Of a stretch of 64,000 bases of DNA, positions 1 to 8,624 are shown piece by piece; position 1 is the stretch's first letter; each line of letters opens with the position of its first letter. The DNA is taken from assembly GCA_038064015.1 (NCBI GenBank), contig JBBTUB010000023.1:369-64368 (forward strand), given 5' to 3'. The notes below the pieces were generated by a model. The model saw only the letters and a list, made by a program, of their open reading frames with translations, had not been told where the DNA came from and searched no databases. The stretch comes from Patescibacteria group bacterium. GTDB lineage: Bacteria > Patescibacteriota > Minisyncoccia > 2-02-FULL-40-12 > IGHO2-01-FULL-4-A. The translations under genes and the position numbers were made by a program.

Positions 1-2
1 CA

Positions 3-425
3 GATTTTTCAAAGCATATTTGGCCTGATATCATTTCTGATACGGTCCAAAAAACTCTCAAGGCGCGTTTATTCATCACATTTCCCATCACCCTGAAATC
101 AGGAAAGGTTGCTGGAGTATTTATGTACTCATCGCCGCGCACTGAAATTCCCATGGAGGAACTCAATCTCTTCCAGACGTTTGCTCATCAACTCGGACTT
201 GCGTTCTCCAATGTTTTTGCGTTCGAGCGCCTTATGCAGAAGTACAAAAAAGATAGTGCAACGGATTCGCTCACTAAGCCTGAAACGAATACCCCATCTG
301 TCAAATTTACCCTCCGGATCACACCCAATCAACTCAAGAATCTTGAACGCGTATCGAAAGCGCAACAAAAAAATAAAGCTGACCTGATTCGCGATCTTCT
401 TGACAAGCAAATAATTTCAGAGTAA
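3..425 (+). CDS. 5'-truncated GAF-domain protein with C-terminal ribbon-helix-helix (CopG/Arc-like) DNA-binding domain
   Basis: Frame is open from nt 3 (DFSKHIWPDIISDTVQKTLKARLFITFPITLKSGKVAGVFMYSS...EELNLFQTFAHQLGLAFSNVFAFERL, typical GAF C-terminal strands and helix). It ends in VKFTLRITPNQLKNLERVSKAQQKNKADLIRDLLDK (RHH pattern). The ORF-track start at 123 is internal. Confidence 0.72.
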   Translation, partial: DFSKHIWPDIISDTVQKTLKARLFITFPITLKSGKVAGVFMYSSPRTEIPMEELNLFQTFAHQLGLAFSNVFAFERLMQKYKKDSATDSLTKPETNTPSVKFTLRITPNQLKNLERVSKAQQKNKADLIRDLLDKQIISE

Positions 426-457
426 TCTCACGCCGGTCGAGGCACCTCATCTTAACG

Positions 458-477
458 AGGTGGCGCTAGCGCCACCT
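458..477. promoter_or_regulatory. Perfect 20-bp palindrome AGGTGGCGCTAGCGCCACCT, candidate operator or RNA hairpin
   Basis: Self-complementary sequence between the GAF-RHH gene stop (425) and the next ATG (490); no U-tract follows. Confidence 0.55.
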
Positions 478-489
478 TAGCAACATAAC

Positions 490-639
490 ATGAGATATCC
501 TTGGGCGGCTTTTGTCATTCTCGGGATTTGGACGGCAATTACTATTATTGTGGTTGATCGAACAACTACCCAACCGGTGCAGATGTACATGTTCGCTTCT
601 GCGGCCACATTCATCTTGTCGGTCATGGGATTCGTATGA
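490..639 (+). CDS. 49 aa two-TM membrane microprotein A (MRYPWAAFVILGIWTAITIIVVDRTTTQPVQMYMFASAATFILSVMGFV)
   Basis: Translated by hand. Its stop overlaps the kinase start (ATGA at 636-639). 17/49 ungapped identity to the ORF at 2089-2262. Confidence 0.8.
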   Translation: MRYPWAAFVILGIWTAITIIVVDRTTTQPVQMYMFASAATFILSVMGFV

Positions 640-2108
640 TCCTCCGTATCTTCCTTATTATCGGAGTGATCGCTCGCTGCACAATCATGTATCGAGGGCC
701 TGTGCGGATCCGAATGATGTTCCAGCAATGCGGCGGGGCCATCATCAAGCTCGGTCAGATGCTCGCACTTCGTGCCGATGTGGTGTCGGTGCCGCTTGCG
801 TTTGAGCTCCTCAATCTTCTGGAGCATATGCCCTCAGTGTCGACGGATCAGATTAGGGTAATTATCGCGCATGAGCTCGGCGCTCCGGTTGAGAATCTTT
901 TTCCCTGGTTCGAAGAAATCCCGCTTGCTGTCGCATCGTTTGCGCAGGTACACCGGGCGCAACTTTCTGACGGCAGGATCGTGATCGTCAAAGTCCAAAA
1001 ACCCATGATCGCTCATCAAGTAGCCGAAGACCTTGAGATTCTGGCGATCCTTGCAAAGCTTAGCGACATGTTGATCCCTCGCCTACCCATATCCACAACG
1101 TCGCTCGTCAAAGAATTCAGCGAATGGACGCTTCGCGAGTTGGATTATGAAATGGAGGCGCGAAATGTGGAGTTCTTCCGCCAGCAAAATAACCGTCCGG
1201 AAGTCCATATTCCTGAAGTGATCTGGGACTACACCACCTCGCGAGTCCTCACCGAAGAATATATTGAAGGTTCCAGTATGGCAGAACTCGTCCAGCAACC
1301 ATCTCACCCGACCAAAGCTTTGCTCGCCCAACATCTGATCACCACGAGCATGCGCCAGTATTTCCTCCTCGGATACTTTCATGCCGATCCACATGCCGGC
1401 AATATCCTTGTTGACGACAAGGGCAGGCTAAACTATGTAGACTTTGGAATGGTGGGCTCGTCGGGGCCGGATCATCGAGTCGTTATGGCAAGTTTTATCT
1501 ACCACACGATCAACCGGAATTTTTCCGCGGCAATCAAAGCATTCCTCGCACTTGGCTTTTCGAGGCGTACGAACCACGATTTGCGATATTTTGCCACCGA
1601 TAAAAAATTCTTGGATCGGTTTACAAAAAACATCACGTTCTTCGAACGCGTCCTGACGCAAGAATTCATTAACATTGCAGAGCCATGGTTGGCTGCGATT
1701 GAGGCTCCCGGAGCATCATTCGCCGAAAAAAGCTCCGCAAAGTCATTTCTGACTTTTCTCAACATCGCTAAGCGGCATCGCGTCGTGCTTGATCAAGAAA
1801 TCACGCTGTTTGTGAAGACGCTCGTAGCGGTGGATGCGATCAGCCTCCAGCTTGATCCACACTTCAACCTGATCACGACGCTCAATAATGTTTTTGCTGG
1901 TGAAGAATTCCGATGGTTGCTAGCAGCCCGAAATTTTGAAAATCTTTCGATTGCTACCCTGCCCCTACCGGCAATGCAATTAAAAAATCCCGAGAAAGCT
2001 GTCTTGCTTAAAGACTATTATACAGATTGGCTTGGAGAGCTCTTGAGTACGCAACTTCCTATGTTAACAAAAAATAACCACAATAAATATGAAATACGCT
2101 TCCATTAG
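636..2108 (+). CDS. ABC1/AarF/UbiB-family atypical protein kinase
   Basis: Motifs IKLGQ, PLAVASFAQVHRA, VIVKVQKP, ELDYEMEA, FHADPHAGN, DFGMVG. Confidence 0.93.
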   Translation: MILRIFLIIGVIARCTIMYRGPVRIRMMFQQCGGAIIKLGQMLALRADVVSVPLAFELLNLLEHMPSVSTDQIRVIIAHELGAPVENLFPWFEEIPLAVASFAQVHRAQLSDGRIVIVKVQKPMIAHQVAEDLEILAILAKLSDMLIPRLPISTTSLVKEFSEWTLRELDYEMEARNVEFFRQQNNRPEVHIPEVIWDYTTSRVLTEEYIEGSSMAELVQQPSHPTKALLAQHLITTSMRQYFLLGYFHADPHAGNILVDDKGRLNYVDFGMVGSSGPDHRVVMASFIYHTINRNFSAAIKAFLALGFSRRTNHDLRYFATDKKFLDRFTKNITFFERVLTQEFINIAEPWLAAIEAPGASFAEKSSAKSFLTFLNIAKRHRVVLDQEITLFVKTLVAVDAISLQLDPHFNLITTLNNVFAGEEFRWLLAARNFENLSIATLPLPAMQLKNPEKAVLLKDYYTDWLGELLSTQLPMLTKNNHNKYEIRFH

Positions 2109-2262
2109 TATCACGATCGTTGGTATCTGGATTATTATGACGGTCGCCATTCTTGCGCGCGAGGACGCATCGCCAATAGTGATGATGGTTTTTGCGCTCG
2201 CTAATACCGTCTGGTTGGCGATGCTTGGTTTCCGCGCACCACGGCATCCCGACGCGAAGTAA
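2089..2262 (+). CDS. 57 aa two-TM membrane microprotein B (MKYASISITIVGIWIIMTVAILAREDASPIVMMVFALANTVWLAMLGFRAPRHPDAK)
   Basis: Translated by hand. Overlaps the kinase 3' end by 20 nt; paralog of 490-639. Confidence 0.8.
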   Translation: MKYASISITIVGIWIIMTVAILAREDASPIVMMVFALANTVWLAMLGFRAPRHPDAK

Positions 2263-2267
2263 GATGC

Positions 2268-3521
2268 CTATCGCTTAATCTCGGTAATTCCCATCATCCA
2301 GAGCTTGAGTACATCAGGGATTTTGATGGAGCCATCGGGTTGCTGATAGTTTTCAATGATGGCGGCGATGGTGCGGCCGATGGCGAGGGCCGTAGCGTCG
2401 TTCATGTGGACAAAAGCAGTTTCGCTATCACTTTTACGATACTTAGTACTTAATCGTCGGGCTTGATAATCAGCCATGTAGTCAGCCGTGTGTGTCTCGC
2501 AAAATCTATCTTGCCCTGGCATCCAGGTATTGATATCCACGCCGCGCGCGTTGGGATCGCCGATGTCGGCGGTGCATTTGAGGATGACTTGGTACGGAAG
2601 CCCGAGGCCTTGCAAAAGCTCTTCCTGAATTACAATAAGATTCTTGTGCTCATCTATCGCCTGCTCAGCAGTACTAAAAACCCCCATTTCTACTTTGTGG
2701 AATTCATGAAGGCGGATGATACCTCGCGTGTCTTTGCCTGCCGCTCCAGCCTCTCTTCTCAATGCAGGAGAAAAGGCAACATAGCGAAGCGGCAAGTTTT
2801 TCTCGGGGATGATTTCGTCCATGTGCATCGGCCCGAGCGTATGCTCGGCACTGCCGATCAGATACATATCGTCAGATGGAATATAGTATCGTTCTTCTTT
2901 GGGCTCCAGGCGAGCCATTTTTTGATAGACATCGGGCTTGATAAACATCGGCGGGACAATTGGCACGAAGCCTTTCTTGATGATCACCGAGAGCGCGTAC
3001 TGCACCAACGCGTATTCCATCATCGCCGCTTCGCGCTTGAGATAGGTAAACCGAGCACCTGAGACATTTCCCGCACGCTCGTTGTCGATGATATCCAGCG
3101 TCTCGCCAAGTTCCCAGTGTGGCTTTGGCGTAAAATCAAACGCCGGCTTCTCTCCCCACTCTTTTATTATTTTATTATCCGCTTCACTCGTCCCGATTGG
3201 CGTATCTTCAGTCGGGATATTTGGCACTTTATATAAAAGTTCCTGCAGTTCTTGCTCAACCGTCTTGATCTCGCGATCAAGCTCGGCGGCTTGTTCTTTG
3301 TATTTTTTGCCCTCGGCGATCTGATCCAGAGTCGGTTTGCCCCCTTCGGATGCCTTGGCGATGGCATTTCGAAATGAATTCGCCTGATCCAACTCTCCTT
3401 GCACATGCCTCCGCCGCTCATCGAGCGCAAGAAGTTTATCAACATCAACCGCGACGTTCTTGTTCTTCGCGGCTTGTTTGACGATGTCCGGATTTTGGCG
3501 AATAAACTTGATATCGAGCAT
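2268..3521 (-). CDS. serS: Serine--tRNA ligase
   Basis: MLDIKFIRQNP N-terminus, coiled-coil arm, LRREAGAAGKDTRGIIRLHEFHKVE motif 2, DYQARRL. Confidence 0.97.
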   Translation of the reverse strand: MLDIKFIRQNPDIVKQAAKNKNVAVDVDKLLALDERRRHVQGELDQANSFRNAIAKASEGGKPTLDQIAEGKKYKEQAAELDREIKTVEQELQELLYKVPNIPTEDTPIGTSEADNKIIKEWGEKPAFDFTPKPHWELGETLDIIDNERAGNVSGARFTYLKREAAMMEYALVQYALSVIIKKGFVPIVPPMFIKPDVYQKMARLEPKEERYYIPSDDMYLIGSAEHTLGPMHMDEIIPEKNLPLRYVAFSPALRREAGAAGKDTRGIIRLHEFHKVEMGVFSTAEQAIDEHKNLIVIQEELLQGLGLPYQVILKCTADIGDPNARGVDINTWMPGQDRFCETHTADYMADYQARRLSTKYRKSDSETAFVHMNDATALAIGRTIAAIIENYQQPDGSIKIPDVLKLWMMGITEIKR

Positions 3522-3651
3522 GGATTAAATATACCAGAAAGCCGCTATAAAATCACCTGTCACAAAAAACACTATGATACGTTATATGCACTAGGTCAAG
3601 AACGCTTGGCCAAAGTTTTCCAAACCCTCCCGTCCAGGAGAAGAAACGAAA

Positions 3652-3915
3652 ATGGCTCCACGGCACGAGTGTCCCGTAAAGGCTCTCCATGATGCTCTGC
3701 AACGCCTCGAAGACGTCAGGCGAGGCAGAAAAGATGTCGCCGCTCCGAGCGACACAACTCTGATTACCTACTTCGATCTGGCGATGAGTAAGCATGAGTT
3801 TGGGCAGCTCGCTCGAACTCGCGCTCTCGATCGCTTGGTCCCCCTCAGACCACACCTTGTCAGAAGTCTTGGTGAGAAGTATAGCCTCACCCCCACGCCC
3901 CGACAGCAGAAATAG
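3652..3915 (+). CDS. Hypothetical 87 aa protein
   Basis: AGGAG upstream of the ATG, fills the serS-lysS gap, followed by GC hairpins and a T-tract. Confidence 0.55.
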   Translation: MAPRHECPVKALHDALQRLEDVRRGRKDVAAPSDTTLITYFDLAMSKHEFGQLARTRALDRLVPLRPHLVRSLGEKYSLTPTPRQQK

Positions 3916-3958
3916 CTCCCCAGCGGCTCGATCATTATTTCGATTCGAGTCCGCAACA

Positions 3959-3998
3959 CCCGTCGTCGCCTACGTGCGTCGGCGGGCTGTTCATTTTT
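3959..3998 (+). terminator. Probable intrinsic terminator
   Basis: CCCGTCGTCGC...GCGTCGGCGGG imperfect stem followed by TTCATTTTT. Confidence 0.5.
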
Positions 3999-4036
3999 AT
4001 ACTACTGTACTAGTACAGTGTCGTAAAAGCAGAATA

Positions 4037-5821
4037 CTAGCTGAAGAGTTTCAAATCCCCGGTCAGTTTTTCTACCAAGGATTTTTTGCCGAAAATGAGC
4101 ACACCGTAGTAATCGATGTCTTCGCGGTTTTTGCCTTTCGTCCACTCGATGACTTTTTTGTCGTCTGTAGTTTCGAGCATTTCTTTGGTAAACTCGGCGA
4201 CATCAAGATCGAGCTCCTTTGCTTGATCAACCAGATTGCATATCGCTTTGTTTGAGTCAGCGACTTTGATCATGATCGCATGCTGGATGTTGAGATTAAT
4301 TTTTTGATAATCCTTTGTAGCGATCGTATCCTGCATAAACAACTCTCTGCCAAGCCGCGCCCCAAACGCGGCATTAAGATGAGCAATTGTGTTCATCTCC
4401 TGCCACGGCTCCATGTCTTGAGCTCTATTGATAATCGCCACGGCAATCTTGCTTTCTTTTGCTTTACCGGGAACGGTTTCTTTGAGGTCTTTCGGCCTCA
4501 TGAACGGAAACGGGATCACGTCGCGAATGGAGTGCTGGTCGGTTAAGAGCATGGTCATGCGGTCAATACTGATGGCAATCCCACAAGTGGGCGGCATACC
4601 GATCTCTAGGGCGTGCAGATAATCTCGATCCATACGTTGGGCTTCTTCGTCGCCTTTTTTGAGTGCTTCTTCCTGCGTCCGCCAGTTTTCTTCCAAAATA
4701 GAGGCGTCGGTCAGTTCAGAATAATTATTCCCCACTTCCATGCCGTTGATATAGTGCTCAAAGCGCTCCACGATTTCCGGGTTATCATGCTTCGGCTTGG
4801 CAAGCGGAGAGGTTGCTTTCGGATAGTCGTACAAAATTGTCGGCTGGATAAAGAACGGCTCACATTCCTCGATGGTCGCCTTGCCGTATTCTTGAAGCGC
4901 TTCAGCATATCGGATCCGGCGCCACGGCGCTTTAAAGTCGATCGTGGTGCCTTGATACGTGACCTTCGTCCCACTAGTTATTTTTTGCACCACATATTCT
5001 GTAATAGCCTCCACCAGCTTCATGCCGGCTTCATAGTCGCTATACGCCGTCATTGCCTCCATGATGGTGAACTCCGGATTGTGGCTCCGATCAATGCCTT
5101 CGTTGCGAAAATCCGTAGAAAATTCAAATACGCGCTCCATGCCGCCAACCACAAGCCGCTTGAGATACATTTCATCTGAAATACGCATATAGACGTCCAT
5201 GCCTAAAGCATTGAGACGTGACTTGAACGGCCGCGCGGATCCGCCTCCATACATCGGCTGGAGAATGGGAGTCTGGACCTCAGCATAGCCGCGCCCAATA
5301 AAAAACTCCCGCATCGCTTCTATTACTTTCCCGCGCGTAACAAAAACATCCTTTACGGACGGATTCATGATCATATCGACATAGCGCTGACGATAGCGCT
5401 CTTCGACATCTTGTAGGCCATGCCACTTCTCGGGAAGCGGAAGGAGCGACTTGGTCAGCATCCGATACTTTTCGACTTCAAGGGTCTTCTCGCCTTTTTG
5501 TGTGGTGAACAGCAGTCCAAAAACTTCCAGAAAATCTCCAATGTCTGTTGTCTCCAGAGGCTGCTGATTTTTAAATAACACTTGGATGGTGCCCGTACCA
5601 TCCAAGAGATCCATAAATGTGATTGCGCCATGTCCCCGCGCGGCCATAACACGGCCAACGAGAACAAGACGGTCTTTGTTCGCCACAAAATCATCAAAAC
5701 CCTCAAGCGCAGCAGCGATCGTATGCGTGCGCCATGACTTGGCCGGATACGGATCAATGCCGGCATTGCGAAGCTTTTCCAGTTTTTCTACGCGAGCAGC
5801 GCGAATGTCATCAAGGGGCAT
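4037..5821 (-). CDS. lysS: Class II lysine--tRNA ligase fused to a C-terminal DUF2000-like (Pth2-like fold) domain
   Basis: RYRQRYVD, FRNEGIDRSHNPEFT, GMPPTCGIAISIDR, IRDVIPFP. An extra ~135 aa follows (KIAVAII...PWQEMNTIAHLNAAFG...YYGVLIFGKKSLVEKLTGDLKLFS). Confidence 0.95.
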   Translation of the reverse strand: MPLDDIRAARVEKLEKLRNAGIDPYPAKSWRTHTIAAALEGFDDFVANKDRLVLVGRVMAARGHGAITFMDLLDGTGTIQVLFKNQQPLETTDIGDFLEVFGLLFTTQKGEKTLEVEKYRMLTKSLLPLPEKWHGLQDVEERYRQRYVDMIMNPSVKDVFVTRGKVIEAMREFFIGRGYAEVQTPILQPMYGGGSARPFKSRLNALGMDVYMRISDEMYLKRLVVGGMERVFEFSTDFRNEGIDRSHNPEFTIMEAMTAYSDYEAGMKLVEAITEYVVQKITSGTKVTYQGTTIDFKAPWRRIRYAEALQEYGKATIEECEPFFIQPTILYDYPKATSPLAKPKHDNPEIVERFEHYINGMEVGNNYSELTDASILEENWRTQEEALKKGDEEAQRMDRDYLHALEIGMPPTCGIAISIDRMTMLLTDQHSIRDVIPFPFMRPKDLKETVPGKAKESKIAVAIINRAQDMEPWQEMNTIAHLNAAFGARLGRELFMQDTIATKDYQKINLNIQHAIMIKVADSNKAICNLVDQAKELDLDVAEFTKEMLETTDDKKVIEWTKGKNREDIDYYGVLIFGKKSLVEKLTGDLKLFS

Positions 5822-5824
5822 GAC

Positions 5825-6280
5825 TTATGTTACCTCAAGTATCTTATATTTCACAGTTCCGCTGGGGATATGCGCTTCGACTTCTTCGCCTTTCTCTTTG
5901 CCCATGAAGGCGATGCCGAGCGGAGATTCATTGGAAATAAAGCCTTGGGCGGGATTGGATTCCGCCGGGCCGACAATGGTAAATTGCTTGGTCGTGCCGC
6001 CGAACTTCACGCTGACCGTAGATCCTATGGCCACATTTTTTTGCTTATGATGAGGCGCGATAACCACCGCGTGCTTGAGTAAGTCTTTCAACTCCTCAAT
6101 GCGCCCTTCATTCATTCCCTGCGCCTCTCGCGCTTCAGCATACTCGGCATTTTCGGACAAATCACCAAGCTCCTTGGCTTCAAGAATGCGCTTGGCGATA
6201 TCGGGACGCAAGGTGGTTTCCCGCTCTTCCAGCTCTTTCTTCAATTTTTCCAAACCCTCCTGACTAAGATATTGTGTCAT
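5825..6280 (-). CDS. greA: Transcription elongation factor GreA
   Basis: GDLSENAEY, ISNESPLG motifs. Confidence 0.97.
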   Translation of the reverse strand: MTQYLSQEGLEKLKKELEERETTLRPDIAKRILEAKELGDLSENAEYAEAREAQGMNEGRIEELKDLLKHAVVIAPHHKQKNVAIGSTVSVKFGGTTKQFTIVGPAESNPAQGFISNESPLGIAFMGKEKGEEVEAHIPSGTVKYKILEVT

Positions 6281-6292
6281 AACAATAATGAA

Positions 6293-8170
6293 TTACTGCT
6301 TAGTAAAGTACCACGAGAAAAATTTCTCTGCAACCATGACACCGAGCGATTGGCTTTGTGGGATATGCTCCACCAGGACGGTAAGCGCGATCTCCGGATT
6401 ATCATAGGGACCATACACGATAAAGAGTGAGTTTAAAGCTTGGCCGCCTACCTGCGCCGTCCCGGTCTTCGCAGCCACCGGCTTGGGCAAACTGTTGAGC
6501 CGCTGGGCAGTCCCATCGGTGATCGTTTGTCGCATGCCCTCGCGCACGATACGATACGTCGCTTCGTCAAACGGCAAGCGCCCGACCTCTCGCGGCTTCA
6601 TCTCCGTAATCTTCCCAGATGCGGTATCTTTGATGCTTTTGGCCACCATCGGCCGGTACAAGGTGCCACCATTGGCAATCGCGCTCACATAGGAACTCAA
6701 CCAGATCGGCGTAAGCTGCAAATCCCCTTGTCCAATCGAAACATTATAGGTATCGCCGATATACCATGGTTCACGCTTCTTTTCTTTTTTGAGTTTTTGC
6801 GAAGGAACAAACCCGATCGCTTCGCCGGGAAGATCAATGCCGGTCTTTTGATCCGCGCGGGCGATCCGCAAGTACTTTTCAAGGCGGTCAATGCCAAGCC
6901 CGCGAAAATCTTTGTATCCCCCGCCCAGTGCGTAAAAATACACATCCACCGACCACGCGATGGCTTTGCGAAGATCCGTCAGGCCATGCACTTTCCAATC
7001 TCGGTAGGTATAAACAACGCTCGGATCATTTTCACTTTGCACGTAAATCGCCCCGTCCGCATAAATAGTCTTGGCCGGATCGACAACTTTTTCCCAGAGG
7101 CCTACGAGCGCGTAGTACGGCTTGATCGTGGAGCCAGGCGCATAGAGCCCGCCGACGGCACGATTGAACAAGGGCTTGGATGAATCGGCAAATAGCTGCG
7201 CAAGCCGCGTTCGAGTACTGTCGTCGGAGCTTTCTTCAAAAAGATTCGGATCAAAGGTCGGCATGCTCACCATACCGAGTACGGCGCCGGTACGGACATC
7301 TTGTACCACGGCCGCACCACGACGCACACCGGCGGACCGGAATACTTCATCAACGGCACGATATAATGTTTGCTGAACATCGGCATCAAGATATAACGTC
7401 ACGTCGTCACCGGCAACCGCGGTCGTTGCTTGCGTCGTCGTAGAGCCTTCAAGCACGATGTATTGCGGCTGACCATGAAGCTCTTCTTCATACTGTGATT
7501 CAACCCCGGCACGGCCAACGCGATCATTGGGTTGATAACGGTCATCCGTATCAAGCGTAGCCTCTTCAGGACTGATGAGTGAGGTATAGCCGAGCACATG
7601 AGCGAGCGCGGGTCCCTGCTCATAATGCCGTCGAGCGAACGGAACGATAAAAACTCCGGGGATCCGCGCAGCTTGCAGGCTGACCGCCTCAGCCTTGGTA
7701 ATGTCACGCGCCACGACGAACACTCCGTTGTTCTTGTTGGCGGCGATGATCTTGGTAATGCCGCCTTCAGGGAGCTTGATCAAGTTATTAAGTTGCAGAT
7801 ATTGATCGCCGCTAGAATTCGCCAACAGCTGTGCTCGCGCCACGACGACGTCAAAGATCGGAATATTTTCTACGAGCGTTTTTCCCTGGCTGTCAAAAAT
7901 ATTGCCACGGAGCGCCGGGATCGGGTACGTATTGAGCCGGCTTCGATCGGCTTGCTGGGTAAGCTTTTTGCCATGAACGACTTGGAGGCGGAATGCTTGA
8001 ATACAAATCACGAGGATCATCGCGCCCACCAGGATATACAATGCTCGAAATACGCCCCTCGTGATGGGTATCTCCACCATAGAGTGGCCGCTCAAACCAT
8101 CCAGAAGAGTTTCTTCAGGCGCCACATCATGATCATCACTTCGATTGACAGTGTATTTATGCGGTCCCAT
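6293..8170 (-). CDS. mrdA: Penicillin-binding protein 2 (class B transpeptidase)
   Basis: N-terminal TM, PGSTIK (SxxK), SVD (SxN variant), KTGT; downstream of mreBCD. Confidence 0.93.
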   Translation of the reverse strand: MGPHKYTVNRSDDHDVAPEETLLDGLSGHSMVEIPITRGVFRALYILVGAMILVICIQAFRLQVVHGKKLTQQADRSRLNTYPIPALRGNIFDSQGKTLVENIPIFDVVVARAQLLANSSGDQYLQLNNLIKLPEGGITKIIAANKNNGVFVVARDITKAEAVSLQAARIPGVFIVPFARRHYEQGPALAHVLGYTSLISPEEATLDTDDRYQPNDRVGRAGVESQYEEELHGQPQYIVLEGSTTTQATTAVAGDDVTLYLDADVQQTLYRAVDEVFRSAGVRRGAAVVQDVRTGAVLGMVSMPTFDPNLFEESSDDSTRTRLAQLFADSSKPLFNRAVGGLYAPGSTIKPYYALVGLWEKVVDPAKTIYADGAIYVQSENDPSVVYTYRDWKVHGLTDLRKAIAWSVDVYFYALGGGYKDFRGLGIDRLEKYLRIARADQKTGIDLPGEAIGFVPSQKLKKEKKREPWYIGDTYNVSIGQGDLQLTPIWLSSYVSAIANGGTLYRPMVAKSIKDTASGKITEMKPREVGRLPFDEATYRIVREGMRQTITDGTAQRLNSLPKPVAAKTGTAQVGGQALNSLFIVYGPYDNPEIALTVLVEHIPQSQSLGVMVAEKFFSWYFTKQ

Positions 8171-8624
8171 AGGCCTTGATACGCGGTGGTTGGTTGATCA
8201 CGATTACCATAATTAACGGCGCTAAAGATTGGAGCAGAAAAATCGGCAGGCGATGCGCGACTGAGGACATCCCCAGCGGGTATGATATCATGAAAGCAAA
8301 AATCGCCGTCAGGCACACCGCGTACACCCCAAAAAACAGAACATGCATGTCTCGCGTGCGAACCCAGCGCGCCCCGATAAATACAATTCCTTGAATGGCA
8401 ACGAAGGCCGACGTCACCCACCCAAAGGGAATCCCAGATACAAGGTCAATGATGATTGCGGTAGCCATAAAGATCAGGCTATCGCGGCCGGGTTTTTTTT
8501 GAGCAATCATCGCCGCGATCAATGCCATGGGAGCAAACCAAAACATGCCCGGAGCGAATCGCTGGAATATCCAATCGGCAATCAAAATAAACACCATAAG
8601 AATAGTAAATTGAAAACGCATCAA
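8157..8624 (-). CDS. mreD: Rod shape-determining protein MreD (divergent)
   Basis: Polytopic membrane protein with DLVSGIPFG motif, between mreC and mrdA. Confidence 0.7.
   Translation of the reverse strand: MMRFQFTILMVFILIADWIFQRFAPGMFWFAPMALIAAMIAQKKPGRDSLIFMATAIIIDLVSGIPFGWVTSAFVAIQGIVFIGARWVRTRDMHVLFFGVYAVCLTAIFAFMISYPLGMSSVAHRLPIFLLQSLAPLIMVIVINQPPRIKAYGTA

Noticed and set aside
636-2108. Calling the kinase ubiB, implying ubiquinone synthesis
   Set aside because: No ubiE/ubiJ or other quinone genes nearby; only family-level assignment is supported.
3918-3957. Hairpin containing TTCGAGTCC, resembling a tRNA T-arm
   Set aside because: No cloverleaf, acceptor stem or D-arm can be built around it.
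4004-4019. Palindrome ACTGTACTAGTACAGT as a LexA box
   Set aside because: Spacing is CTGT-N6-ACAG, not N8, and it lies between two convergent gene ends; more likely a terminator hairpin.
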